Made by a program: the position numbers and the translations under genes | Notes under the pieces: model-generated | What the model was told of the DNA's origin: nothing | The model's input: the letters and a program-made list of their open reading frames with translations, nothing else | The model's database searches: none | NCBI GenBank assembly: GCA_965644295.1 | Contig: CBFFRP010000176.1 | Coordinates: forward strand, 1-27,686 | Source: Paraphysomonas bandaiensis | Lineage: Eukaryota > Protista > Chrysophyceae | Reading direction: 5' to 3' | Length of the DNA: 27,686 nucleotides | Part shown: piece by piece, positions 1 through 10,976 of the stretch | How positions within the stretch are numbered: position 1 is the first letter of the stretch | Layout of the letters: each line of letters starts with the position of its first letter

Positions 1-652
1 TTTATCAGAGAGGTGTGCAGCACACTCCAGTGTGGGTGTGCTGAGTTGATTGGTTTTCTGCCTCTGTGGAAAACCTTGTTTTCTTGAAAAACGTTAATTT
101 TGGTGTGTCTGTGAGAAAATGTCGATCAACAAAATCATGTTTTTTTTTGTAGTGTGCTGGTTTTTGATGCTGATCGATCGACATGTTCTCACAGTGGAAG
201 TTAAGCCTTGTGTGAAGTTTGATCAGTGGGACTCTCTGTGCAGGACATCCAAATCCTATTCGTGTCTATCGTCTCGTTAATGTACGCGACATTCTGTTTA
301 TTGTGGTGTTGAGTAAGAATGCGTATTTCTAGCGTTGCTCTGCTCTATGAGGACAGCGAGTGCACTCCAGGATGAGGCGTGGTCGCAGCGACTGTGTCGA
401 TGGACGAAATATCGACATCGTTGGGAAGCTCAATTCATCTGTGGCTACAGTGATGAGAGATAGAAGCATTCCCTCCTTACATTGCTGCCAGTGCACCACT
501 AGTACTAGTGCCACACTAGTATGTACAGTAAAAAAAACAGTGTTGACTCTTCAGGATACGCAGATATGTTCGGATCATTCTGAATAACCGCAACCTGACA
601 CAGCTAGAGCCGCAATATCCCGCCAGACTCATTCTTCTCATCAACCCGTGTG

Positions 653-3600
653 ATGATTCAGCTCTTCAAGGTTGTGATTGTTTGGACTGCTTTAGCAGGA
701 CTTGCGAGTGGCTTGGAATTTCAGGAGGGAGATTTGGGCGAGTGGGGCGGTTTCGAGCACTCCTCTGCTCTTAATGCGACCCCAACAAGCGTGGATGAGG
801 CCCATGAAACAAGCAGTCCTGGCGAAACATCAAAAATGGATGGTATTTCAGGGCAACGTGTGGCGGGCGGTATACTCACAGACTGTTTATTATGTATTAC
901 TCACTCAGATTAATTTTAGAGTGGATTAGAGCACCTGCAGCTGGTTGGACAGGAAGAAGTGGCCATACTTCCCTGTCATTCAACAACAAGATGTGGGTCT
1001 TGGGTGGGCACACTGGAAGTGTCTACTACAATGAGGTCTGGTGGAGTAGCGATGGCGTATCTTGGGGCTCTTATACGGCCCAGTGGAGTCCAAGGGCAGG
1101 ACATGGCAGTGCAGTGTATTCAGGACGGATGTGGGTAATTGGTGGCTGGTCCGGTCGAACTCCAAACTATGGTGACATGTGGTACAGTTTTGAGGGGAGG
1201 ACGTGGACACTAGTTGCCAACTCTTTTGCGTGGAATGGTCGCAGTTATCATGGTATGACATTTCATGCCAACAATATATGGATGACTGGAGGCTGGGTTG
1301 GTGTGTTGGTGAATGACGTGTGGTATAGTGTAGGTTCTGGTTGGGGTCATATCCCTACGTCCGGCCCCATATGGTCACCTCGACATGCCCACGCTTCTGT
1401 TTCCTTCAACGGACTACTGTGGGTTATTGGAGGAAGTCGAAATGGACAGTACTTAAGCGATGTATGGTACTCAGGGAATATAGAAAACTGGGCTCAAACA
1501 ACGGATACTCCTGGGTGGGCTGGGCGCCACGGCCTCACAGCTGTGGTGTATGACAACAGGATATGGGTATTGGGAGGTTGGGGAGGCGGTACTTCTTATT
1601 TTAATGATGTGTGGTATACGTCGGATGGTATATCGTGGACAAAGTCTTTGGCCCCTTCCCGTTGGAGTGGACGTCAGGGACACACAAGTATTGTATTTGA
1701 CAATAAGATATGGGTTCTTGGTGGCAAGAATGGAGGATACTTGAATGACGTGTGGTATTTTGACTTATTTGCTCCGACTTCATCTCCAACACGAAGTCCA
1801 ACAGGTGCGGACCTTCAATTTTGCATCGAATAGCTTATGCATAAATATATATAAGACTATAAATTGTCGATACTATACTGTTTGTTGGAATATGCCTAAT
1901 CTTGAACGCAGCAAGACCGAGTTTATCTCCAACACGAAGTCCAACAGGTACAGTCCAACGTTTTATAGTTAGCTTATGCATATTTTGGATATTTTTGGGT
2001 ATCATGCCTAATGTTGAGCGCAGAGACTCCTACTCTATCTCCAACGGGCTACAGTTCTTTGGAAGATTCGATTTTGTGCGAGTTTGCTGCGGCTACCAAT
2101 ATAACTCAGCAACCAGAGATTTCGGGCTGGGATTGTGCTTTTGTAAGCAGCGATAAGTGTGTGGACGGCCTCTGGACAGGGATCAGATGTACTGATGACA
2201 CTGTACATGAATTGTTACTCGATGGGCATGGAATATCTGGAACACTACCAGAAATGCTATTTAAGTTGACAAAACTCTCTTCTTTATACCTAAATGATAA
2301 TTCATTCCACGGTACAATACCGCGAAGTATTGGAAATCTGAGAAACTTGAATCGACTCCGACTGCAGTCAAATGGATTAGTTGGTTCTGTGCCAGATTCT
2401 GTAGGTTCCCTTGTTGCACTCCAAGAACTTCAACTGCAGGATAATTTCTTGCAGGCAATATACCCACGTTCTCTATGTGACTTATCCAATCTAACGGTGT
2501 TCTATGTTTCGCAAGACTCTACCCACGAGTGTCTGGTGCCAACTCAGGCTCCTACTTCTCTCCCGACGGACACACCAACTGCAGTTCCTTCTACATACGA
2601 CAGCTTTGAGAATATAGCCATTTGCGATTTAATTAACGCAACCAATATTGCTGGGATATTGGGATGGTCATGTGAAAATGTGGATAGCAAATGCGAAGGT
2701 TGGACTGGACTGTATTGTGATTCCAACAATGGACCCGTGACTTCTATTTCAGTTATTGGCGAAAAGATTAGTGGTTCCCTGCCTTCATCCTTGCAAAACA
2801 TGAAATATCTTACGCATTTGAATTTGCGTTCAAATTATTTAACGGGCTCAATTCCCATAGAGCTTGGAAAACTAACAGGGCTGGAATTGTTAACACTTCG
2901 GAATAATTTATTGACTGGCTCAGTCCCGGAAGCGTTTGCAGATTTGAACGAACTTCGGGTGCTTCGTTTAGAAGGTAATTATCTAAACAATCAATATCCT
3001 CGAGGGCTATGTGATTTGCCGGATTTGACTGAATTTTACCTTACTCAGAATATTATTCATGAGTGTCTCTTGCCCACTCAAGTTCCAACAGAGTCGCCTA
3101 CGCCTTTTCCAACGTTATCACAGCTGCCAACTGCTTATCCATCACAATCTCCATCCCTATCTATCGAGCCAACTATCACTCCTTTAGATTCATGGATTGG
3201 AGATGTTGTCACGATCGCTGGGAGTCGATTATCTGCTGTTAATGACGGTGTGGGAACGTTTGCTTCATTTCAGTTCCCTTCGCATGTTGTGGTTTCTTCA
3301 GATAACTCCTTTCTTGTGGTGTGTGAAAAGCAAGCAATACGAAAAATTGTATTATCAACCTCTGAAGTATCAACCATTGCTAAATTCCATAATGTTAGCG
3401 ATGTTAATGTCGAAAGTAATCGCTTCGATGCAAATTTCAGTTTGTCGTTGGCATTGTCCCCTGATAGCAGTTATGGAGTTCTGACAGATAGAAATAGCGG
3501 AGTGATTAAATTGTTGCAGCTTGAAAGTGGAGATATTATTACGTTATTAGGTTCTGGTGTTTCAGAAAATGCAGATAGTATGAGAACGAATTTTTCATTA

Positions 3601-6600
3601 GTTTATCCAAACTCAGTGGCAATGTCGTCAAATGGTTCCTTTGCACTTATTGGCGACAGTGGCAATTGTGGCATCCTCATGTACGTTTTTTCTACCGACC
3701 AAGTCAGCACATTGTCTGGTGGCACTTGTGGTAGCTCCGACGGAATTGATACTGCAGCTCAGTATCAAATTCCTTTCGTGTCCTTTATCTCACGTGATAA
3801 TGATTTCGCTATAATCGTTGATGCTGGTAATCATATTGTCCAGAAGTTGGTTATATCGACAGGCTCTGTGACTACAATTGCCGGTGTTATTGGCCAGAAG
3901 GGTTTTGTAGATGGTGTGGGCAGCCATTGTCGTTTTTTTTCACCAACCTCTGCTGCCATGACTAAAGAAGGCAACTTTGTGTTGATCTCAGACTTTGGTA
4001 ATAATGCAATAAGAATAATGTCAATTGCAACCTATGAAGTATCGACGATTGCTGGCTCTGAGTCAAGTGGATGGCTGGATGGACTTGGACCAATAGCATC
4101 ATTCAACGGTCCCAGTTGCGTGTCTTTGTCTTCTGATGGTAGTGTGGCATTTGTTACTGACTCTTTTAACCACGTGATTCGAAAGCTGGCAATCAAATCT
4201 GAAGAGCCGGCTATCTCCACCACAACTCTTGTATCAGTAGACGTGGATGCCCCGTGTGCTGCCCGCATCTCGGGACATGTAGTAGGGGGAGTAATTATTG
4301 CGATATTGGTGATTTTTGTGGACTATTTATTGCGTGTGAGTCACACTGGCCCGAAGCTTTCAATGTGGTCATATCTATTTCTCTGGCGAGTATTAGTATT
4401 TGAAGTATTTGATATGATATTATGTCTTATCAATTTGTTGTTGTCGATACACAACAAAATGGATACCGTAATTTATGCGCAGGCGTGTTTTGCAAACATA
4501 TTGCCACTTTTGTATTGTGTTTCTGTCAAAAGCTCATATACTTTTTCTCCAATGTGGATATTTCGCGACGGTTACTCATTGGAGCAATGGTGGTCGGTCG
4601 TACAGGGTATTTTGGATGACAACAAGAAAGAAAGTGTAATGCGCAAGCTTAAAATAGCAACTGACGGAGATTTGCAAAATAGCCTTCAAGACTTTCTGAA
4701 GAAAGTGGAAGGACGTCACGAGTCACTGAGTGTTCCCATGTTCTTTGCTTTTATTAGTGATCTGTTTGATGTGGTAGTTGTGTTGTACAACTACACAAAA
4801 TTTTGTGAGTCTTCTGAGAAAAACTTTTGGCGTGATTTGGTGACACTTGTATCTCTCGTGGCGGTGTGCTGTAACGTGTCTGACATATTTGTCTACTGCC
4901 AAAAACAAACTGAAATTGAAGACTTAGAAAAAAAGATGCATAACTTGAAGAGTGCGAAAATCTGTCCCTCAGCTAATTCGTTACCTGCACCGAATTCAGT
5001 TCCTCGAGAGCAGCCCATTGAATCATATAATCTCAGGACTTTTGCCAGCCGTCCACCATTCGTATGTGTGGATGAAATTGTTGAACACACTTACGGTCTT
5101 GCACATTGGTATATGCACCACAGAAATGACGGCGAGAGGTGGATTGCACGAAACGGCAGACCGCATGTTCGTGGTATTGCATGTGCACTGTGCTTTCAAG
5201 TTGGTGGCGACTTGATCTCCTCCTCCAGAGACAAAAAGCCTGTACGTTGTGCATTAGACCTCGCTGCGTCACGTATTAAGCAGCTCAATATGTTAATATG
5301 TAATGGAACACGCTTGATAGATGGTCGCTCAGCTGGTCGTAGCCCTCAAGAACAAGACGAAGAGGAGGAGGGCATCCTGCAGTTGATCTATGAGCTTTTT
5401 GTAGCCGTCTATATTCAATCTATGTCAGACAAAAACGCTGCGAGTACGAACTCAGCAGGTTTTGATATCATGCAAAGATTTGAGTATCTTCTGAACACAT
5501 GGAAGGATACAAACGGAGGAAATATGTACAGCGAAATTGCAAGCTTGAGGGACAGTGAGTTATGGAGTACAGAAGCGAAGCATATACTGTTGGAAGAAGA
5601 GTTAAACGATTCCATATGTTTAGAGTGCTGTGCCATTCCCGAAGCGTGGAGAGATGATATCCTTATTTATTTACAGAATCATGCTTTGTGGAGTGTATCC
5701 AAGAGTAGAAGCGCAACTCACACTGGGGAAAGTAGGCATGTTGCTTATGCTCTAAAATTGGCTGAATCTATGGGTATATATTTTGAACGGCATCTTGGCT
5801 GCTATTTTAGGAGTAAGGAGCTAGTATTATCTAGAGTCACAGGTGTTTCAAATGGATTATTATCTTCGCAGCTGCCAAATTCAGGCTTGCATGTACTGGA
5901 GCTGAGCCATGTGGGTGTTCAGGTGGAATCTACTGGCACAATGCTTGGGGCCGACGCTTCTTTGGAACCATCTTGTGTAATTGAATGCGTGACTCCTGTA
6001 CACACAAAGAGTGTGTACTTTCCGTTTATTTCCAGGATCATTAAATCTATAAAGGAAGTATACGACGTATCCTTGATTGTTCCATGTGCACTAGTTGGCT
6101 ACTGTTCGTACAGGTTTTTTCTCTGTGCATTGCATATAGGTCAACCTTCTACGACATACAACAAGCATTTTGTGCTCATAATCATGTTGGCTGTCCTTGT
6201 AGTTTCATTGGTACCCACCTGTCTGTACAACAACTACAATTATGTTGCAACTGGGACTATCGTTCTGACCTTTTGTATGGGTGGTGCATTTGCATTGCTT
6301 GATTTAGAGTCGTCTCTGGATGCTGAGACCTACCTTGGTCTTGGACCTCAGTATAATTTGGCCGACCGACCTATTCAGGCACATTTGGTGCCTCTGCTTT
6401 ATGGTGTCATGCATGTCTGCCTCGTTTTGTTCATGCTCTTACCTCTGACCATGTGTCGCCAGTTAATCAATTTTGTCACGCAGTGTGATGCGTTCTATTT
6501 TGCTGGTAGGGCTGTCTTGGTGAGAATGTTTGGGCTGCATCGTTTGTATGCCATTCACCGCTTTTTGGGTTACTCCCTGTGTTGTGGATTGTACATTGGT

Positions 6601-7977
6601 GCGGCACTCTGGTGGGTTGCTATGTACTATTCATGCGCCCACTATGGCAAAAATAGTGAATGTCGCACGTTTTTACCGGAAGGGTCTTTCATCGATATTC
6701 GCGGTCCTTTGTGGTTTTGTTCACCTGAAGACATAGATGCAAGCGTCTCCAAATTTCGGAGAGATATATACAAGTACGACAGCTGTCTATTCGACCAATC
6801 TGGTAACCCTGGAGCTGTGTTTTTTCTTCGCATTGTGATCGTCTCCACTCTGTTACTGATGCTATTAAGCTCCTCCTTGAAGTACCCATTGCTTAAGTTG
6901 AAGCAAGCAGATAACTTTATTTTCAATAATAAAATATGGACGGATTGGATCGTACCCAATAGTTTCGAATTATTTTTATATACACATATCGTTGGGGCTA
7001 ATGCGATAGCGTTTGGCGCTTTTTTTAGCCGTTTTGAGGTATTTTATTCTGGATTTTTGTTTTGGGTGATATACGGCACCGACAAGTTACTCTCATGGTT
7101 GAGAATTCATCGTGTGCGAAAAGAAAACATCTATGCACTGAATATGGATACCTGTGCAAAGACATCGGTGATCAAGCTCAACCTAAGGACTGGCGGTGGA
7201 TTTAGCTTCGAAGCGGGACAGATTCTGTACCTACGGTGTACACAATTATCTTACTTTCAATGGCACCCATTTTCAATCTCATCAAAAGCCGACAACGATG
7301 AATTGAAATTACTTATTAAGGTGGAAAATGGTGGATGGACTGAGCGCTTGAAGCATCTTTTGATTGCACAAGCGGTGGATTGTCTTGACATAATGGGTCC
7401 GTTTTCGTCGTCCTTTCAGAATTGGCTGGGGTATGACTGTGTAATGCTTGTCGGTACTGGAACTGGTATTGCTGGGGCATTATCTATCATTGATGATATT
7501 AAAGCGAAGAGTGAATTGCGCGCCAACAGCCAGTTAAGGCATGATGTAAAGGTATGGTTGATATGGTCAACTGCGCATATGCACGAGGTCACATGGGCCA
7601 TGGACGAGCTCTTTACAGCTATTACATCAAAGTCAATGACACGAATTAAAGCAGCCATTCATGTGACGCGAGACTTTGATAAAGACCTTGCAGCTGTTAT
7701 GGCCAACTTGGACACATACACCGGAGGCGACGAAGAACTTCAGCGTATAAATGAAAGTAAGAGGTTTGTATCTCGCTTGCTCAGGAAAGGACGACCGATA
7801 TGGGGAACATACATGCATAGTTTTGCAGCTATGTGCTCCACACAAAGTTTTACGAAGGCGAAACTATGTGTATGCTCTAATCGCTCAGCTATTGTGACTG
7901 AAATCAACGAGGCTCTTGCTAATGTGGACCTCCCGCCTAACATTGATGTGGAATTTACGTCTGAAGATTTTGCCTAA
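653..7977 (+). CDS. Multidomain membrane protein: signal peptide - Kelch x6 - LRR module x2 - NHL repeats - multi-TM - unassigned region - NOX/ferric-reductase TM + FAD- + NADPH-binding domains (~2363 aa, 4 exons)
   Basis: Proposed exons 653-869, 920-1804, 1912-1947, 2024-7977 with phase-1 GT..AG introns 870-919, 1805-1911, 1948-2023. The spliced length is 7092 nt and stays in frame. Hydrophobic N-terminus MIQLFKVVIVWTALAGLASG. Individual domain motifs are listed in the next features. Splicing is inferred from donor/acceptor sites and phase, not from transcripts. Confidence 0.8.
920..1765 (+). other. Kelch-type six-bladed beta-propeller (exon 2)
   Basis: Six repeats of W-x-(G/P)R-x-(G/A/Y)H...(M/I/L)W(V/M)xGG...(N/S/G)(D/E)(V/M)W (MWVLGG, MWVIGG, IWMTGG, LWVIGG, IWVLGG, IWVLGG). 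Confidence 0.9.
1783..2023 (+). repeat. Tandem duplication of an exon end plus intron, creating a 36-nt microexon
   Basis: tctccaacacgaagtccaacaggt occurs at 1783-1806 and 1926-1949. Both introns contain tagcttatgcata and end atgcctaat(c/g)ttga(a/g)cgcag. Confidence 0.85.
2065..3075 (+). other. Two plant-specific-type LRR modules, each with a Cys N-cap and C-cap, separated by Pro/Thr linkers
   Basis: LxxLxLxxNxLxGxIP repeats (e.g. LTHLNLRSNYLTGSIPIELGKL). Caps WTGIRC/WTGLYC and YPRSLCDL..HECL/YPRGLCDL..HECL. Linkers PTQAPTSLPT and PTQVPTESPT. Confidence 0.9.
3200..4200 (+). other. NHL-repeat beta-propeller
   Basis: Repeated VTTIAG..G..DG.G....F..P motifs with D-x-GN(H/N)-x-(I/V)R (DAGNHIVQK, DFGNNAIRI, DSFNHVIRK). 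Confidence 0.85.
6380..7977 (+). other. NADPH oxidase / ferric reductase-like module (TM heme domain, FAD-binding, NADPH-binding)
   Basis: LLPLTMCR (NOX LPxCR loop), IHRFLG, FELFLYTH, GQILYL, QWHPFSISS (His at 7264), GGWTERL, MGPF, MLVGTGTGIA (Gly at 7453), WLIW, IHVT, GRP-x-W, and C-terminal E-D-F. Confidence 0.9.
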
Positions 7978-8011
7978 TCGGGATGCGGCTAGTTGTGCAT
8001 TTTTACCATAC

Positions 8012-8819
8012 GTCAAGTTATGACACAATTGGATGATTTACTATAAGTTAACTGGACGTGTATTCACTCATTAAGCTTGTCATAATTATTATAATCAATG
8101 TCTGTTCTCATTCATCAATTTCATGTTATCTCTACAACCAATCTTTTCTCGTACGATCATCACTATCTTGAATGATCAATATATTGTATTCAGTTTCATT
8201 ACTACAGTAGCTATCAGGGCTGCGTAACTGTTGAGTTCTGCAATATGATGTGATATATATTGAGCAATTGAAGTGAGAAAATAGTGTGCAATAGGTGAAG
8301 TCAACGCATAGGTGTAACGGGTGATTATAGTTACAAAGGAATTAAATTCAGTTACTGATGTGTGACTATATAAGATATAGAACTGACTGATGAACATGTG
8401 ATAAAGTGATAAACAGATGTTGCTGAGATAATCATCTTGCGGGGGTCACCAATATCGAACTCTGAAGCGTCATTTCTTCATATGCTCTGTATCATAGAAT
8501 CAAAATTGTCATGAATTCTGTTGGTGGTGGAGTCCAAAAAATGCAAGAAGAGCTGAAAGAGGCAATTGAGCGCGGTGTTCTTAACAGCATTGGGAATGAA
8601 GACTTAGTTTCGCTTGAAGGTGAACCGATCACAAAGGGCGCTTTTATACTGGTTGGACATCAACGACTTGTGTGTCAAGATATGACACAATTGGATGATT
8701 TACTAAGTTAACTGGACGTGTTTTTACTCATTAAACAAGTTAAGATAAGAGAAGATTATAATAAATATAATAAGCAATATATCACGTTATCTCTACTACC
8801 ACTCATTTCTAGTACGATC
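8012..8819 (+). repeat. Diverged direct repeat of the sequence just 3' of the NOX-fusion gene
   Basis: gtcaag(t/a)tatgacacaattggatgatttacta..agttaactggacgtgt..actcattaa at 8012-8074 and 8674-8734. A second block gttatctctac..gtacgatc is at 8125-8158 and 8786-8819. Confidence 0.85.
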
Positions 8820-10976
8820 TTACATCGTCATGATATCACTTCTCATAATACAGCTCATCACTACTGTATTCTTCGACTAGCGGTCATAATTCCAACACCT
8901 TAGAATTACAGCTTTTAATTGCATAAACAGCAAAACTCAACATTGTGAAGAAGACTGATGGGATAATGGAATTGCTCGCGGCGAGAGTAACTATGCCAAT
9001 GGCATCTAAAAGGTGTGATTTTGGGGAAGTTCTTGAAGCTTGTTTTCCTTGGTACCTTGACCGAGAGTGCATTATCATTGCTGCTAAACCGGTTTGTTTA
9101 AGAAGTCTACTATCCCCTTTCCTGACAGCGCATGCATCCTGTGAACTATTCGCGGATGGACTGGTTAAAAGAATGTGTTTATATGTAATAAGCAGCTATC
9201 GGATAATTCTATACTGTGAGCTCTCTATTGTCTATTATATATGCTTATTCTTATACATATTCCATGTTTGAAACGATATAATTATCATGAATATAAACTA
9301 TCTACGAATCAAGATCTACTGAGTAACATGACTATTATATGATAGGCTTTCTATTGAAATAGGCAATGATATAACAGATAGCAAGTGTATAACGAAGACT
9401 AGCAATGACGTGTAACGATGAGAACTATGATTGATGTTGTTATTTACAGTAATGCATTTGTACTTTACATTTAGCAGAACCAGAGTTAGAGATTCTGGTA
9501 TATGTAGGCATACAGTATCTGCTTGTGGAGTATAGGTATGCTGTGGTGGTGGAGAATAGACATATTGTATGAGCTTGATTCAATTATTTCAATCATACAG
9601 CAAATTTAAGGTTGATGAAATATGTTCTAAGTTTTAAGATACAAGATTTTAACTCAAGCTAAATTAAACTCATCAATGATCGTTATAGTTTCACAGTGTG
9701 GGAGGTGGATGCACTGCCATTTCATTGTATTCAGTTACCAGACAGTTCTATAGCGAGTGCTTGATTGCTATTATCGTATATATATGTAGGTGTACTTACA
9801 TGCATATCAATGTCATGATGAAACTCATTACCTGTGATATGTTGATTGCAATATACGGCAATATATAGTGAGCTACTTTAACTGTAACAATATTCAGTTT
9901 ATTGTTCCCTAGCTTCAGTTTCGAACATACTTAGCTTGTGAAATATCAGAAGAATTAAATCTACTGAACTGTATTTCTCCTTGAGATGTCTGGCAACAGG
10001 TGTGAGTATCATATATCATATACAGGTACAGTACACACTTGACTTCAACAACAACCGAGTCTACTAGAGTCACTTCCATGTGGAGATGATGTTTTCCTGC
10101 TGTACTCACTTATACCTCTAAAGCAGTAGAAGTTTACAAGAAAGAGCAACCTTCGGTGGTCACGGCCGGACAGTCACACTCATGCCACCATCGCAAAGCA
10201 TTGTCACAATATTCTTTTCCACCAGGGTTCAAAATATCTTGAATGCGTGTGCTTGTCCAGTACGCATCAGACATCATCATCATCATCATCTGCTTCGATT
10301 GCGCCAAGTTGTATAGCTATAAGATCGTTGAGTATTCTGGATAGTGTGGACATTCTTCCAATACACTCCTTTCGTTCTGTCCTTGAATTATGAGGTAGGT
10401 GTGGTGCAGCTGGGTCCATTTGTCTACGAGATACTGTCGTTTCCACTGCAGGTTATTCTACTTCTTAGTATCTGCGTCTGTCTAAAGATATGGTCGTAAA
10501 AAACCCCGACTTTTGTGAATTGGATGACTTCAAAAATAGGATAAAAGCCAGTTTACTTCTGCAACACAGATTGCTTCTGTGGGTTTTCTGTTCTGTAGCC
10601 GATATTCCGGTATTCGAGGTGAACTGTTCACCAAGTACCGCTTATATACCACGGATGTCACCAAAACCCAGTAAAAAAGCCCAAACTATTTCGTAAAACA
10701 GGAGTATTTTGGGATATTGCAAGGTAGGGTTTTCTTACTTTTTCCAGATTTTCACCTCTAAAATGCGGGAATTCCAGCACAGATGTACAGTCAGTACAAT
10801 TTCTGTGATGCTGAGTCAGATCATTCTGCAGCCCAGCAGAGAGCGAAGAGAAGCAAGTGTGTGAGTCAGCGTCCTGTGAGCACATCGTTGACGAGTGAAC
10901 AGAGTCGTATCATACCTTCATATCATGCGTAGCGGAGGAGCATATAACAACAGCTGCATATAACTCTATAATCGCC

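Noticed and set aside
497-510. 14-bp palindrome cactagtactagtg (and accggtataccggt near 12897-12910)
   Set aside because: Isolated short palindromes with no supporting context.
870-908. Alternative acceptor (ctcag at 908) for intron 1
   Set aside because: It gives an immediate in-frame stop (GAT TAA). The acceptor at 919 keeps the frame.
980-7943. Many short ORFs overlapping the large gene in other frames or on the minus strand
   Set aside because: Shadow ORFs of a motif-rich coding frame; none shows a recognisable domain.
8884-10460. Short ORFs and coding-like patches (8884-9271, 10140-10460)
   Set aside because: No motifs and no consistent exon chain; possibly decayed gene fragments but not supportable.
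10490-10780. Possible MITE sharing aggataaaa/gggttttc/ggaattcc words with 18918-19055 (reverse strand)
   Set aside because: Similarity is limited to short words; no TIR pair or TSD could be defined.
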